A stretch of 64,000 nucleotides of DNA from Opitutaceae bacterium (GTDB taxonomy: Bacteria; Verrucomicrobiota; Verrucomicrobiia; Opitutales; Coraliomargaritaceae), in NCBI GenBank assembly GCA_051252375.1, contig JBPOFY010000009.1, positions 32,001 to 96,000 of the forward strand, in the 5' to 3' direction. Below the pieces are notes generated by a model. The model ran no database searches. It saw nothing but the letters and a program-made list of their open reading frames with translations, and was not told the origin of the DNA. A program made the translations under genes and the position numbers. Shown here in pieces: positions 26,541 to 36,696 of the stretch (position 1 is its first letter; each line of letters starts with the position of its first letter).

Positions 26541-27680
26541 ATGAATGATTCCGAACAGTCACCGCAGATTTCCGAAGAAGGAGAAGTCGGCTTTGTAGAG
26601 TATCAGGATTATGTCTCCCGTAAGCCATTTCATTTTGAGTCCGGTGGATCAATTCCTGAGCTTTCCTTGCGCTATGAGACCTATGGACGTCTTAATGTTG
26701 CCAAGGATAATGCAATCCTCATCTGTCATGCGCTGACAGGGGATCATCACTGCGCCGGTGTGCATAATGTGGATGAAAAGAAGCTGGGCTGGTGGAATTT
26801 CATGGTTGGACCGGGCAAGCCAATCGATACGTCCAAGTATTTTGTGATTTGTTCGAATGTGCTCGGTGGTTGTCAGGGCTCGACAGGACCTGGCTCGATT
26901 AATCCGGAGACGGGCAAGCGATACAATTTGGATTTCCCGAAACTGACGCTTCGCGACATGGTGAAGGCGCAGGTCTTGCTGTTGGATTATTTGGGCATCG
27001 ACTGCTTGCATGCGGTGCTCGGTGGTAGCATGGGTGGAATGCAGACTTTGCAGTGGGCGATTGAATGTCCGGATCGGGTCGGTCGCTACATCGCCTTGGC
27101 GTGTTGTGCGCGGCACAATGCTCAGGCGATTGCTTTCAATGATACGGGTCGTCAGGCGATTATCAGCGATCCCGCATGGAAGCAGGGCGATTATGAACCG
27201 GACGAACCGCCGGCAGAGGGCTTGTCTGTGGCTCGCATGATGGCGCACATTACCTACCTCTCCGATGCGGGGATGGAGGCAAAGTTTGGTCGTCGTCGTC
27301 GTGTGGTCGACGAGTCGAAGGAGCACTTTGATGTCGAATTTGAGGTAGAGAGCTATTTGCGCTACCAAGGGCAGAGCTTTGTCTCCCGCTTCGATGCGAA
27401 TACTTATTTGTATCTCACGAAAGCCTTGGATCGTTTCGATTTACATGGTCCGAATTCGTTGGACGAAACATTGTCGGTAGTCACTTCGCCGGGGCTCGTG
27501 GTTGGTTTTACATCCGACTGGCTGTATCCGCCGCAGGGCAATCGTGAAGTGGTGGAGTCGTTGTTGCGTCTGGGCAAGGATGCGACTTACGCCGAACTGG
27601 CGCTCGATGCCGGGCATGATTCCTTCTTATTGCGCGATAAGAAGCTCTACGAGTTGATCGATCGTTTTCTCAATCGTTAA
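26541..27680 (+). CDS. metX: Homoserine O-acetyltransferase
   Basis: CHALTGD, GGSMGGMQ nucleophile elbow, RFDANTY, GHDSFLL. Confidence 0.95.
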   Translation: MNDSEQSPQISEEGEVGFVEYQDYVSRKPFHFESGGSIPELSLRYETYGRLNVAKDNAILICHALTGDHHCAGVHNVDEKKLGWWNFMVGPGKPIDTSKYFVICSNVLGGCQGSTGPGSINPETGKRYNLDFPKLTLRDMVKAQVLLLDYLGIDCLHAVLGGSMGGMQTLQWAIECPDRVGRYIALACCARHNAQAIAFNDTGRQAIISDPAWKQGDYEPDEPPAEGLSVARMMAHITYLSDAGMEAKFGRRRRVVDESKEHFDVEFEVESYLRYQGQSFVSRFDANTYLYLTKALDRFDLHGPNSLDETLSVVTSPGLVVGFTSDWLYPPQGNREVVESLLRLGKDATYAELALDAGHDSFLLRDKKLYELIDRFLNR

Positions 27681-27684
27681 TTAC

Positions 27685-28290
27685 ATGAACCCAAACACAA
27701 AAAAACGTCAGGTTGATTTCCAAGTCATCGCTCAATGGGTGAATGAAGGCGACCGCGTGCTCGATCTTGGTTGTGGGCGTGGGGTGCTATTGGAGTATTT
27801 GAAGCAGAAAAAATCAATCTACGCAGTTGGTGTGGATATTGATTTTGATCGAATCCTTAGCTGCGTGAAGCGAGGTGTTTCTGCGTATCATGGTGACGTG
27901 AAGAATCTGCTCTCTACTTTTGGCGACAATAGTTTTGATCGTGTTATTTTCAGCCGATCGGTTGAACTGCTGGATGAGCCCGATGTGATTTTAGCAGATG
28001 CGTTACGTGTCGGTAAGCGTGTCACAGTAGGATTTGTGAATCACGGCTATTGGAAAAACCGATTGAGTTTTCTGACCACTGGAGCTGGCACGGTTAATGA
28101 AGTTTACCCGAAGCCGTGGTATGAAACACTACGCTCCAACCCATTCTCATTGAGTGAGTTTGAGGCTTTCTGCGAAGCGCGTTCGATCCGTATCGAGCAT
28201 AAGGTGCCGCTGGGTGGAAACTGGCGCGATGAGTGCAAGTTGTTGCCGAACCTACTTGCCGGCTACGCTATCTACGATTTGGCGAAGTAA
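27685..28290 (+). CDS. metW: Methionine biosynthesis protein MetW (SAM-dependent methyltransferase fold)
   Basis: VLDLGCGRG and PWYET; directly downstream of metX, the usual arrangement. Confidence 0.9.
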   Translation: MNPNTKKRQVDFQVIAQWVNEGDRVLDLGCGRGVLLEYLKQKKSIYAVGVDIDFDRILSCVKRGVSAYHGDVKNLLSTFGDNSFDRVIFSRSVELLDEPDVILADALRVGKRVTVGFVNHGYWKNRLSFLTTGAGTVNEVYPKPWYETLRSNPFSLSEFEAFCEARSIRIEHKVPLGGNWRDECKLLPNLLAGYAIYDLAK

Positions 28291-28305
28291 GCGCTGGCGC
28301 GGTGA

Positions 28306-29169
28306 TTAGTGCTGCGCGATTGCGTCGAGCACTTGCTGCCTGGAATGTTGTAGAGTAGGATGTTGGATCGTTTCTGTTAAGGCTTTGGCCTCTTCAATGC
28401 GACCGAGATTGCCCAATACGTGAGCACGATGTAGATCGATGATTTCACCACGAAGCGTGGTTTTGGTCGTCTTACGAATTTTGTCCCAGTGCGATAAGGC
28501 GGCTTTCCAATCCGGGCTGGCTTGATCGTAATAAGCCTCACCCAGACGCATCTGAAAGTCTAAATTCTCCGGTTCGAGCTGAGCGGCTTTTTTGAAAGCG
28601 CTGATGGTTTCGCGCTCGAGTGAGTCGCGAGTAAAGATTTCGTCTTCGATGAATTCGCCTTGAAACTGATGAAGTAGTTGCCCCAGCGAAAAGTGATAGA
28701 GCGCAGTTTTGGGTTCGAGCTCGACGGCGCGCAGGTAAAAGGTGAGGGCGGCTTTGCCTTTACCTTGTTCGGCAAGGTGGGTGCCGATTTGTTGTTTGAC
28801 CACTGCGATTTCTGGGTCGAGTTCGTCTGCTTTAAGGAAAGCGGTGAAGGCTTGATTGGTTTGCTCTGTGCGGCGGAGCAGTTTGGCGTAGAGGATGAGT
28901 GCGTTGACGTCGTCCGGGTGCTCGGTGAGATAGGTCCTGTAGGATTGAACCAAGTCGTCGATCCGTCGATCCATGTCTTGCTCGCTATAGAAGTCGGGGT
29001 CTTCTGCGATTTTTTTATAGAAGGCTTCCTCTTGCTCCGAAATCTTTAGCAGGCGTTCGGTTGCGAGATTGGATTGAGCGGAAGCGCTTGGGCTGAAACA
29101 CGCGCACAGGATAGTCACTAGGGCGACTAAGGCCTGTGAGCTAAGAGTTTTGTTGGGCAATGGATTCAT
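28306..29169 (-). CDS. Exported tetratricopeptide repeat protein
   Basis: Signal peptide; repeated A...KA.ELDP/EP helical TPR pattern. Confidence 0.8.
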   Translation of the reverse strand: MNPLPNKTLSSQALVALVTILCACFSPSASAQSNLATERLLKISEQEEAFYKKIAEDPDFYSEQDMDRRIDDLVQSYRTYLTEHPDDVNALILYAKLLRRTEQTNQAFTAFLKADELDPEIAVVKQQIGTHLAEQGKGKAALTFYLRAVELEPKTALYHFSLGQLLHQFQGEFIEDEIFTRDSLERETISAFKKAAQLEPENLDFQMRLGEAYYDQASPDWKAALSHWDKIRKTTKTTLRGEIIDLHRAHVLGNLGRIEEAKALTETIQHPTLQHSRQQVLDAIAQH

Positions 29170-29248
29170 TCGGATGGTGCCTTTATGATCGGCTCTATCC
29201 TATGTATCAAACTCGAAAGAAAAGTTCAAAAAGAGTTCTGTCTTTAGC

Positions 29249-30796
29249 TTAACCGAGGAGTGCCTCAATTTTAGCCGCATTGGCTGCATAGGTCTGCGCA
29301 TCGGCTTTCGGCTCTATCGTGCTATCGAGATCTGCTTGGCAGAAAACATCACCGAGTGCTTCGAGGCTGATACCGAATGTCTGATTGGCGGCACGCATGG
29401 CGCCTCCTAGACCAACTGAGCCGCTGACGGCGAGGCGTTGGACTTTGACTTGGAAGATGTCGGCAATGACTTGAGCGATTGCGTTATTCTTTGAAGCGCC
29501 GCCAGTTATGTAAACCACATCGGTTGCTAGTTGCATCCAATCTGTGCGGAGTTTCATATTGGTGAATTGTCCCTCCACGCAGGCACGAACCGCTGCGTCG
29601 GCATCTTGCCAGTTTTCGAACTCATCTGTGCCTTGTAGGCGTGGCTCGCCAAGGTTCACCCGTGGGCTGATTTCGGGCATGAAGAAGGGCAGCATCACGT
29701 TGCCGTTGTTGCCTGCAGGTGTTGCATCGAAAGCCGCGGTGAAGGCATCCCAGTCATAGCTAAATTTGTCTTTCACGGCTTCTCTAGCGAGGGAGCCGTT
29801 GACGAAGCATTGCAGTGACATCGAACCACCAGCTGGATTGCCAAAAACGTGTCCACAGCCTTGGGGGTCTGCGACGACTCCTGGCATGGCGGCAAAAAAG
29901 GTGTCGGATGTGCCGAGCGAGATCACGACTTTGCCGGGTTGGCTGGCGCCCATGCCTACGAGGCTGCTAGGATTGTCGCCGGTAAAAATCGTGATAGGTG
30001 TCTGCGCAGTGAAGCCGTATTTCTCAACAAAGTAGGGCGCAATCGTTCCTGTGTTGGTATGGCCGTTAGCTACTGGAGGTAGCTTCGCCGCTAGATCCGG
30101 CGCTGTGGCATCCAGCAAATCGCTGTCCCACTGCCAGTTTTGAATGTTGAGCAAGTTCATGCCCGCACCATCACCGGTATCGATTGGGGCATCGGCGCCT
30201 GAGAGGACCGAGCAGAGGAAAGAGCTGACGAGGTGAATGCGTGCGGTTTCGGCGTAGGCATCTGGATCGTTCTTGTAGAAACGACGAATCTGCGGACCAG
30301 TGAAGCGTTCGATCGCGATGGATCCTGATTTTGCGCAAACGGTTTCGTCGCTACCGACTGCTGCTGCAATTTCGCGACATTCTTCACCTGTGGAACTGTC
30401 CATCCAAATGGGGGAGGTCGGGCGAGAAAGGATCGGCTTTAGTTGATCGGCGAGTGACTGTGTTGTATCAAGTTTCTTGATACGGTCGAACCAGTCGGAC
30501 TTAAGGTAGACCGAACCATGCTGTTGTCCTGCTCCGGAAATAGCACTGACTTGAGAAAGGTCGCATTTTTGACCCAATTCACTGAGGAGTAAATCCAGCG
30601 CATCTAGCCACATACATGGGTCTGCATGCACTTCGCCGTCAGGCGCATCCGGTATGAAGCCGGAGGGTGCATTGTATTGTGGCAGGCGTTCTCCGAAGTT
30701 CACTGAAGCTTCGGCGACGATTGTTCCGGAGTCCGTATCAATGATGATGGCGGAGCAACTTTGTGTGGAGGAATCAATACCTAGTGTGTGGGGCAT
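29249..30796 (-). CDS. xylB: Xylulokinase (FGGY family, eukaryote-like subgroup)
   Basis: LGIDSSTQS, GQQHGSVY, IWMDSST, FTGPQI, TGDNP, SLGTSDT, TGGAS; adjacent to xylA. Confidence 0.9.
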   Translation of the reverse strand: MPHTLGIDSSTQSCSAIIIDTDSGTIVAEASVNFGERLPQYNAPSGFIPDAPDGEVHADPCMWLDALDLLLSELGQKCDLSQVSAISGAGQQHGSVYLKSDWFDRIKKLDTTQSLADQLKPILSRPTSPIWMDSSTGEECREIAAAVGSDETVCAKSGSIAIERFTGPQIRRFYKNDPDAYAETARIHLVSSFLCSVLSGADAPIDTGDGAGMNLLNIQNWQWDSDLLDATAPDLAAKLPPVANGHTNTGTIAPYFVEKYGFTAQTPITIFTGDNPSSLVGMGASQPGKVVISLGTSDTFFAAMPGVVADPQGCGHVFGNPAGGSMSLQCFVNGSLAREAVKDKFSYDWDAFTAAFDATPAGNNGNVMLPFFMPEISPRVNLGEPRLQGTDEFENWQDADAAVRACVEGQFTNMKLRTDWMQLATDVVYITGGASKNNAIAQVIADIFQVKVQRLAVSGSVGLGGAMRAANQTFGISLEALGDVFCQADLDSTIEPKADAQTYAANAAKIEALLG

Positions 30797-30824
30797 GGCG
30801 AAATTGTGAAGCGTCGGGGGTTAT

Positions 30825-30881
30825 AAAAAAAAAGTGGCAGCAGAGAGCGGAACTTCTAGGGACTTCCTGCTCTCTACTGCC
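30825..30881 (-). terminator. Long hairpin with U tract between xylA and xylB
   Basis: Minus strand GGCAGTAGAGAGCAGGAA...TTCCGCTCTCTGCTGCC followed by ACTTTTTTTTT. Confidence 0.75.
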
Positions 30882-30899
30882 TTTCTTCTAGATCGAATT

Positions 30900-32204
<1,305 letters not shown>

Positions 32205-32360
32205 GATATGTTTATTGGTGTGTGAAAGACAAAAAGATGGGTCATGTTCCGCTAGGGAACGGAACTGAAGATAATATAGCATTCCGTCAAATGTTGAAAC
32301 CGCATATTGCGTATATATTCTGTTGATTTGCGCAGTTAAACATGTTGTGCTTTGTGCGCA

Positions 32361-33497
32361 ATGAGACAGCAGATCGCCATCGTCATGACAGAAGTGTTTT
32401 TGCGCCGTTTAACCCCGGCGCTGATGCCTTTTGTGCGTCGGCAACAGGATTTTCGCATTTTGAGTATCCATAGACCGCTTGAGGAACTGCGGGAAATTCT
32501 CATAGGTCTAGAGCCATGCGGCTTGATTACTGAGTGGTTACCCAATGTGACGGATATATTGGTAGAATTGGGATTGCCGACGGTGATTGTAGATACTGAC
32601 CTGCAATACCCTGGAGTCGCGAGTATCGACGTGGACGACATGGCGGTAGGTGTCGAAGCAGCCGAGGCATTTATGCAAGCCGGTTTTCGCAGTGTGGCTT
32701 GTTTGGGTAACGGGATGCCGTATTCTGATCAGCGTATCGCAGGATTTGAGAAGGCTGTTGGTCATGCAGTGCCCACTTACACGGAGGCTACTTTCGAAGA
32801 TGCTCGGTATAATGAGCACTTTGCTGAGGCAGACTTAAGCTTACAGCAGTGGCTGCTGGATTTGCCGAAACCTGTTGGCATCTTTGCGGTGCATGACCCG
32901 CTGGGACGTTTTCTATGCGGCAGTTGTCAACAGATGGGAATCAAGGTGCCCGAACAAGTGGCTGTCATCGGAGCGAACAATGATGAGCTGGTTTGCGGCT
33001 TGAGCTACCCGATGTTGTCCAGTGTCGCGATACCGTGGGATACCCTTGGTGCGCAAGTCGGAGAATCGATGCAGGCACTTCTTTCAGGAGGCGTGCCACC
33101 GGAGTCACCCATTCTTGTGCCACCCAGTGGAGTGGTGCTGCGACACTCGGCAAATCACCTCGCGGTCGAAGATGCGCTATTACGCCGAGCGATGTCGTAT
33201 CTGTCTGAGCGATTGCAAGACTCCATCAATGTCGGGCAGATGTGCGATGATTTACGGGTCGCTCGTCGAGGCTTGGAGCGGAAATTCAAGGAATACTATC
33301 GTTGCACACCCTGGGAGATGTTGTGCCGATTGCGTGTGGCTCGGGCGAAACAATTACTTTCCGACACCAATCACCCAGTCTCGATGGTGTCCGAGTTATG
33401 TGGTTTTAACGATCCAGAACGGATGGCGGTCGTCTTTAAGCGAGTCACCGGTGAGCCTCCAACGCATTGGCGTAAGCAGCGACTTCGCTCGATTTAG
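32361..33497 (+). CDS. XylR-type regulator (LacI-like sugar-binding domain plus AraC HTH)
   Basis: [20 protein letters not shown]...C, LSSV and a C-terminal AraC HTH; divergent from xylA. Confidence 0.9.
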   Translation: MRQQIAIVMTEVFLRRLTPALMPFVRRQQDFRILSIHRPLEELREILIGLEPCGLITEWLPNVTDILVELGLPTVIVDTDLQYPGVASIDVDDMAVGVEAAEAFMQAGFRSVACLGNGMPYSDQRIAGFEKAVGHAVPTYTEATFEDARYNEHFAEADLSLQQWLLDLPKPVGIFAVHDPLGRFLCGSCQQMGIKVPEQVAVIGANNDELVCGLSYPMLSSVAIPWDTLGAQVGESMQALLSGGVPPESPILVPPSGVVLRHSANHLAVEDALLRRAMSYLSERLQDSINVGQMCDDLRVARRGLERKFKEYYRCTPWEMLCRLRVARAKQLLSDTNHPVSMVSELCGFNDPERMAVVFKRVTGEPPTHWRKQRLRSI

Positions 33498-33542
33498 CAT
33501 TTGCGCCCCAAGGCATTGCCTTTAATCACAAGAGATCGAACT

Positions 33543-34190
33543 ATGAAAATTGAAAGCGCCAACTTTATCACCAGTGCATTGGACTTAGAAGCCTGCCCTC
33601 CATCGGGCATGCCAGAGTATGCTTTCGTGGGTCGTTCTAATGTCGGCAAATCGTCATTGATCAACATGCTCACTGATACGAAGGAGTTGGCGAAAACTTC
33701 AGGCACACCCGGCAAGACAAAGCTCATCAACTTGTTTCGCATCAACAACGCATGGACATTGGTCGATTTGCCCGGTTACGGCTATGCGAAGTTGTCGAAA
33801 AAGCATCAAGCGGACTTCAATGTTCACGTGAGTGGTTATCTCACCGGACGTGAAAATCTGAAACATATTTTCCTGTTAGTCGACTCGCAGCTTGAGCCAC
33901 TCGATGGAGATCTTGCGTTTGCGGAATGGTTGCAAGGTTGCAAATTGCCTTATTCGATTATCTTCACGAAGACGGATCGTAGCTCGGATACCACCGTCAA
34001 AAATCATGCAGGTAAATTCCTGGAACAGTGCGAGATGTGGGGCTTGCATCCAACCAACGCTTACAGTTGCTCTGCCAAAACCAAACAAGGTCGCGGACAA
34101 ATTCTTCAGTGGATCGATGAGCAACTACCCAAAAAGAAGAAAGATAAAAAGTCGCCGACGATTAATGTCGGTTGGATGAAGAAGCGGTAG
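33543..34190 (+). CDS. engB: Ribosome biogenesis GTPase EngB/YsxC/YihA
   Basis: GRSNVGKSSLIN, TPGKT, DLPGYGYAK, TKTD. Confidence 0.95.
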   Translation: MKIESANFITSALDLEACPPSGMPEYAFVGRSNVGKSSLINMLTDTKELAKTSGTPGKTKLINLFRINNAWTLVDLPGYGYAKLSKKHQADFNVHVSGYLTGRENLKHIFLLVDSQLEPLDGDLAFAEWLQGCKLPYSIIFTKTDRSSDTTVKNHAGKFLEQCEMWGLHPTNAYSCSAKTKQGRGQILQWIDEQLPKKKKDKKSPTINVGWMKKR

Positions 34191-34213
34191 GGCGGCATCG
34201 CTTACTAGAATAT

Positions 34214-34387
34214 GTAGCCACGGCAGTCCCTGCCGTGTTGTATCGTATTCCGCATGTGTAACCACGGCAGTCTGTGCCGTGTTGTATCGCATTCCGAATG
34301 TGTAGCCACGGCAGTCACTGCCGTGTTTGTCCATCTTATGAGCCATCTTTAACCAACACTGGACGCCTTACAGAGTGAGGCGGCTAC
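34214..34387. repeat. Three tandem REP units (44 bp period) plus one inverted REP, GTAG family D
   Basis: GTAGCCACGGCAGTCCCTGCCGTG-like units at 34214, 34258 and 34302; inverted GTAGCCGCCTCACTCTGTAAGGCGT at 34363-34387. Confidence 0.85.
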
Positions 34388-34491
34388 ATCAAAGAGACGC
34401 AATTTCTCTCCACGTATGTGACGATATACTCGGATAAATGAATTACACCTTGGGCGTTGCCAAGCCGTTTGAGTGATGTTTGATTATCAAC

Positions 34492-35055
34492 ATGCCGATA
34501 GATCACCACTATCACAGAGACGAGCGTCTGATCATACGTATGGCAGCTGTTTTGGGTGTGGTTGTGGCTGTTTTGGCGATCTTGTTAGCGCAGACTTTCA
34601 GTCATCGACCAAAACATGTTTCGCCTGAAGAGGTTTGGACACATGTGCAAGACCTCTCGGCGCAAGCTGATTTAGATCCCGGATTTATTTATGCCATTGT
34701 ATGGGCAGAAAGCAGTCTCAATGCCAATGCTCGTAGTTCGGTCGCGCGTGGAATGATGCAGTTGACTCGTCCCGCATGGAAAGAAGTGACGGATGAGTCC
34801 TACCGCCACGCCTGGGATTGGCGCACGAATATTCGCATTGGAATTGGATATTTAGCATTTTGCCGTGATTTCCTCGAGAAACGTGGCGAGTTCAGCTATC
34901 CATTACTCGCAGCGACTTATCGCTACGGTCCGTATCACGTGCAGAATAAAAACTTCACCATCGCCCAACTCGATGAGCCTGAGAACGAAATCTATCGCCG
35001 TATCTTTAATGGCAATATCCGTCCTGTCGAACCGCCGACGGATCCAGTGGAGTAG
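34492..35055 (+). CDS. Membrane-anchored lytic transglycosylase (SLT/GH23)
   Basis: AIVWAESS with the catalytic Glu, ARGMMQL, NIRIGIGYL, ATYRYGP. Confidence 0.88.
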   Translation: MPIDHHYHRDERLIIRMAAVLGVVVAVLAILLAQTFSHRPKHVSPEEVWTHVQDLSAQADLDPGFIYAIVWAESSLNANARSSVARGMMQLTRPAWKEVTDESYRHAWDWRTNIRIGIGYLAFCRDFLEKRGEFSYPLLAATYRYGPYHVQNKNFTIAQLDEPENEIYRRIFNGNIRPVEPPTDPVE

Positions 35056-35170
35056 ATACTTTTGCCTTCGTTGGGTTTGGTAAATTCCTTCGAATCTTTG
35101 AGTGTCGCGATTTTACTCAGTTCCATGCTGTCCTTTTTTAGATGCCGGCAGATTTGTATATCTGGTCAGG

Positions 35171-36391
35171 TTATTCAGCCATAGCCAGTCCGGCTAGTCG
35201 CCCACCTGTCCAGGCGGCCTGGAAGTTGAAGCCTCCGGTGATACCGTCGATGTCGAGGCATTCGCCGGCGAAGTGGAGGCCGGGCACGAGACGGCTTTCC
35301 ATTGTTTTGAAATCGATCTCTTTGAGGTTTACACCGCCGCAGGTGACGAACTCGTCTTTGTTGGTGGTCTTACCTTGGACGGCATAGCGTCCGGCGACGA
35401 GCTCTTGGATGAGGGCGGTTTCTTTGTCTTTTGGGAGCTGTGCCCATTTTTGGTCTTCGGCGATGCCACATACTTCAACGAGTCGCTCCCAGAAACGGCG
35501 GGGGATTTGTTCAAAGATTTTTGTTTTCACCTGAGTCTTGCCTTTACGGAGTCGATTGAATTGCTCGCGTAGTTGGTTTTCAGATACAGCGCCGAGCCAG
35601 TTGATCGAAACATCGAAGTGATAATTCTCGTCCTGCAACGCGCGCGCTTGCCATGCGGAGAGTCGTAAGATGGCGGGACCGCTGAGTCCGCGATGGGTGA
35701 TTAAGATGGGGCCAGTTTGCGTGGATTTTTTATCGCTGGTTCGAACGCTGGCATTTTGCACGGAGAGTCCGGATAGACCGTGTGTGCGTTTGTCGGCAAG
35801 ATTGAAGGCGAAGAGGGAGGGCGCGAGGGGTTCGATGCTGTGACCGAGGGCTTCGAGGGCGCGGGTGAGTGTCGAGGCTTTGAGTGATCCAGTGGCGATG
35901 AGCACTTTATCCGCAGACGCTTGAGTGTCGTCGGATAGATGAATGATAAATGATGACTGATGAGTGATGCTCTTCACGCCGCATTCTTTACGAAGCTGGA
36001 CGCCGGCATTGCGTGCGGCTTGGTGGAAGCAGTCGATGATGGTTTGCGAATCGTCAGTGGTGGGGAACATGCGTCCATCCGGTTCGCGTTTGATTGTGAC
36101 GCCACGCTCTGCGAACCAGTTGATAGTGTCTTGTGGTTGCCAGCGATGGAATGCGCCGCGTAGTTCACGAGAACCGCGTGGGTAGTGCGTGGCCAGTTTG
36201 GCGGGATCGAAACAGCTGTGGGTGACATTGCATCGGCCGCCACCTGAGATTTTGACTTTTGCGAGCGTTTGTTTGCTGCGCTCGTAGATGGTGACACGGG
36301 CATGCGGCGCTGCTTCAGCCGCGGTGATCGCCGCAAAAAAGCCTGCGGCACCTCCGCCGATAATGGCGATTTGTTGGGTCTGCTGTGTCAT
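35171..36391 (-). CDS. HI0933/BaiN family flavoprotein
   Basis: GGGAAG, KVKISGGGRCNVT, GRMFP, ITHRGLSGP, VTCGGV, LDIDGITGGFNFQ. Confidence 0.93.
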   Translation of the reverse strand: MTQQTQQIAIIGGGAAGFFAAITAAEAAPHARVTIYERSKQTLAKVKISGGGRCNVTHSCFDPAKLATHYPRGSRELRGAFHRWQPQDTINWFAERGVTIKREPDGRMFPTTDDSQTIIDCFHQAARNAGVQLRKECGVKSITHQSSFIIHLSDDTQASADKVLIATGSLKASTLTRALEALGHSIEPLAPSLFAFNLADKRTHGLSGLSVQNASVRTSDKKSTQTGPILITHRGLSGPAILRLSAWQARALQDENYHFDVSINWLGAVSENQLREQFNRLRKGKTQVKTKIFEQIPRRFWERLVEVCGIAEDQKWAQLPKDKETALIQELVAGRYAVQGKTTNKDEFVTCGGVNLKEIDFKTMESRLVPGLHFAGECLDIDGITGGFNFQAAWTGGRLAGLAMAE

Positions 36392-36504
36392 GGGTGTTCT
36401 GATTCTGTTCTTACGCTTAATCGGCATCTTCTATGATGGAATGGTTTTTAGACAGAATAATTTTTGGTAGAATGATTATTGATGCGAAAGGTTGCAGGAT
36501 GAGC

Positions 36505-36531
36505 GGACGCCTGTCGGCAGGCGTCCCTACC
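36505..36531. repeat. Single REP unit, family A
   Basis: GGACGCCTGTCGGCAGGCGTCCCTACC without an intact partner. Confidence 0.8.
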
Positions 36532-36696
36532 AAATAACATCAATTTCTTCACTGGCTGCTCCATACTGTGTTCGGTAGTGACTTTTGTAAGCGAGTAACT
36601 GGTTTAAGGTAAAATAGGGACTTTGCGCAATATTTGCTGTCAACATCGGAGCAGACTCGCTTCTCTTTATCGCCTTACCTTATCCCAAAGATGTTC

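Noticed and set aside
26649..27368. 239-aa antisense ORF within metX (likewise 50649-51401, 44496-45020 and the other shadow ORFs)
   Set aside because: Each lies fully opposite or inside a well-supported gene and has no motifs; such ORFs are expected from codon bias at this GC content.
34214..34325. Possible mini CRISPR array (three palindromic repeats, 44-nt period)
   Set aside because: The spacers are near-identical rather than unique, the units start with GTAG like REPs, and no cas genes are present.
34125..34346. 73-aa ORF with repeated YxTxxTAVV peptides
   Set aside because: It is simply the translation of the tandem REP units.
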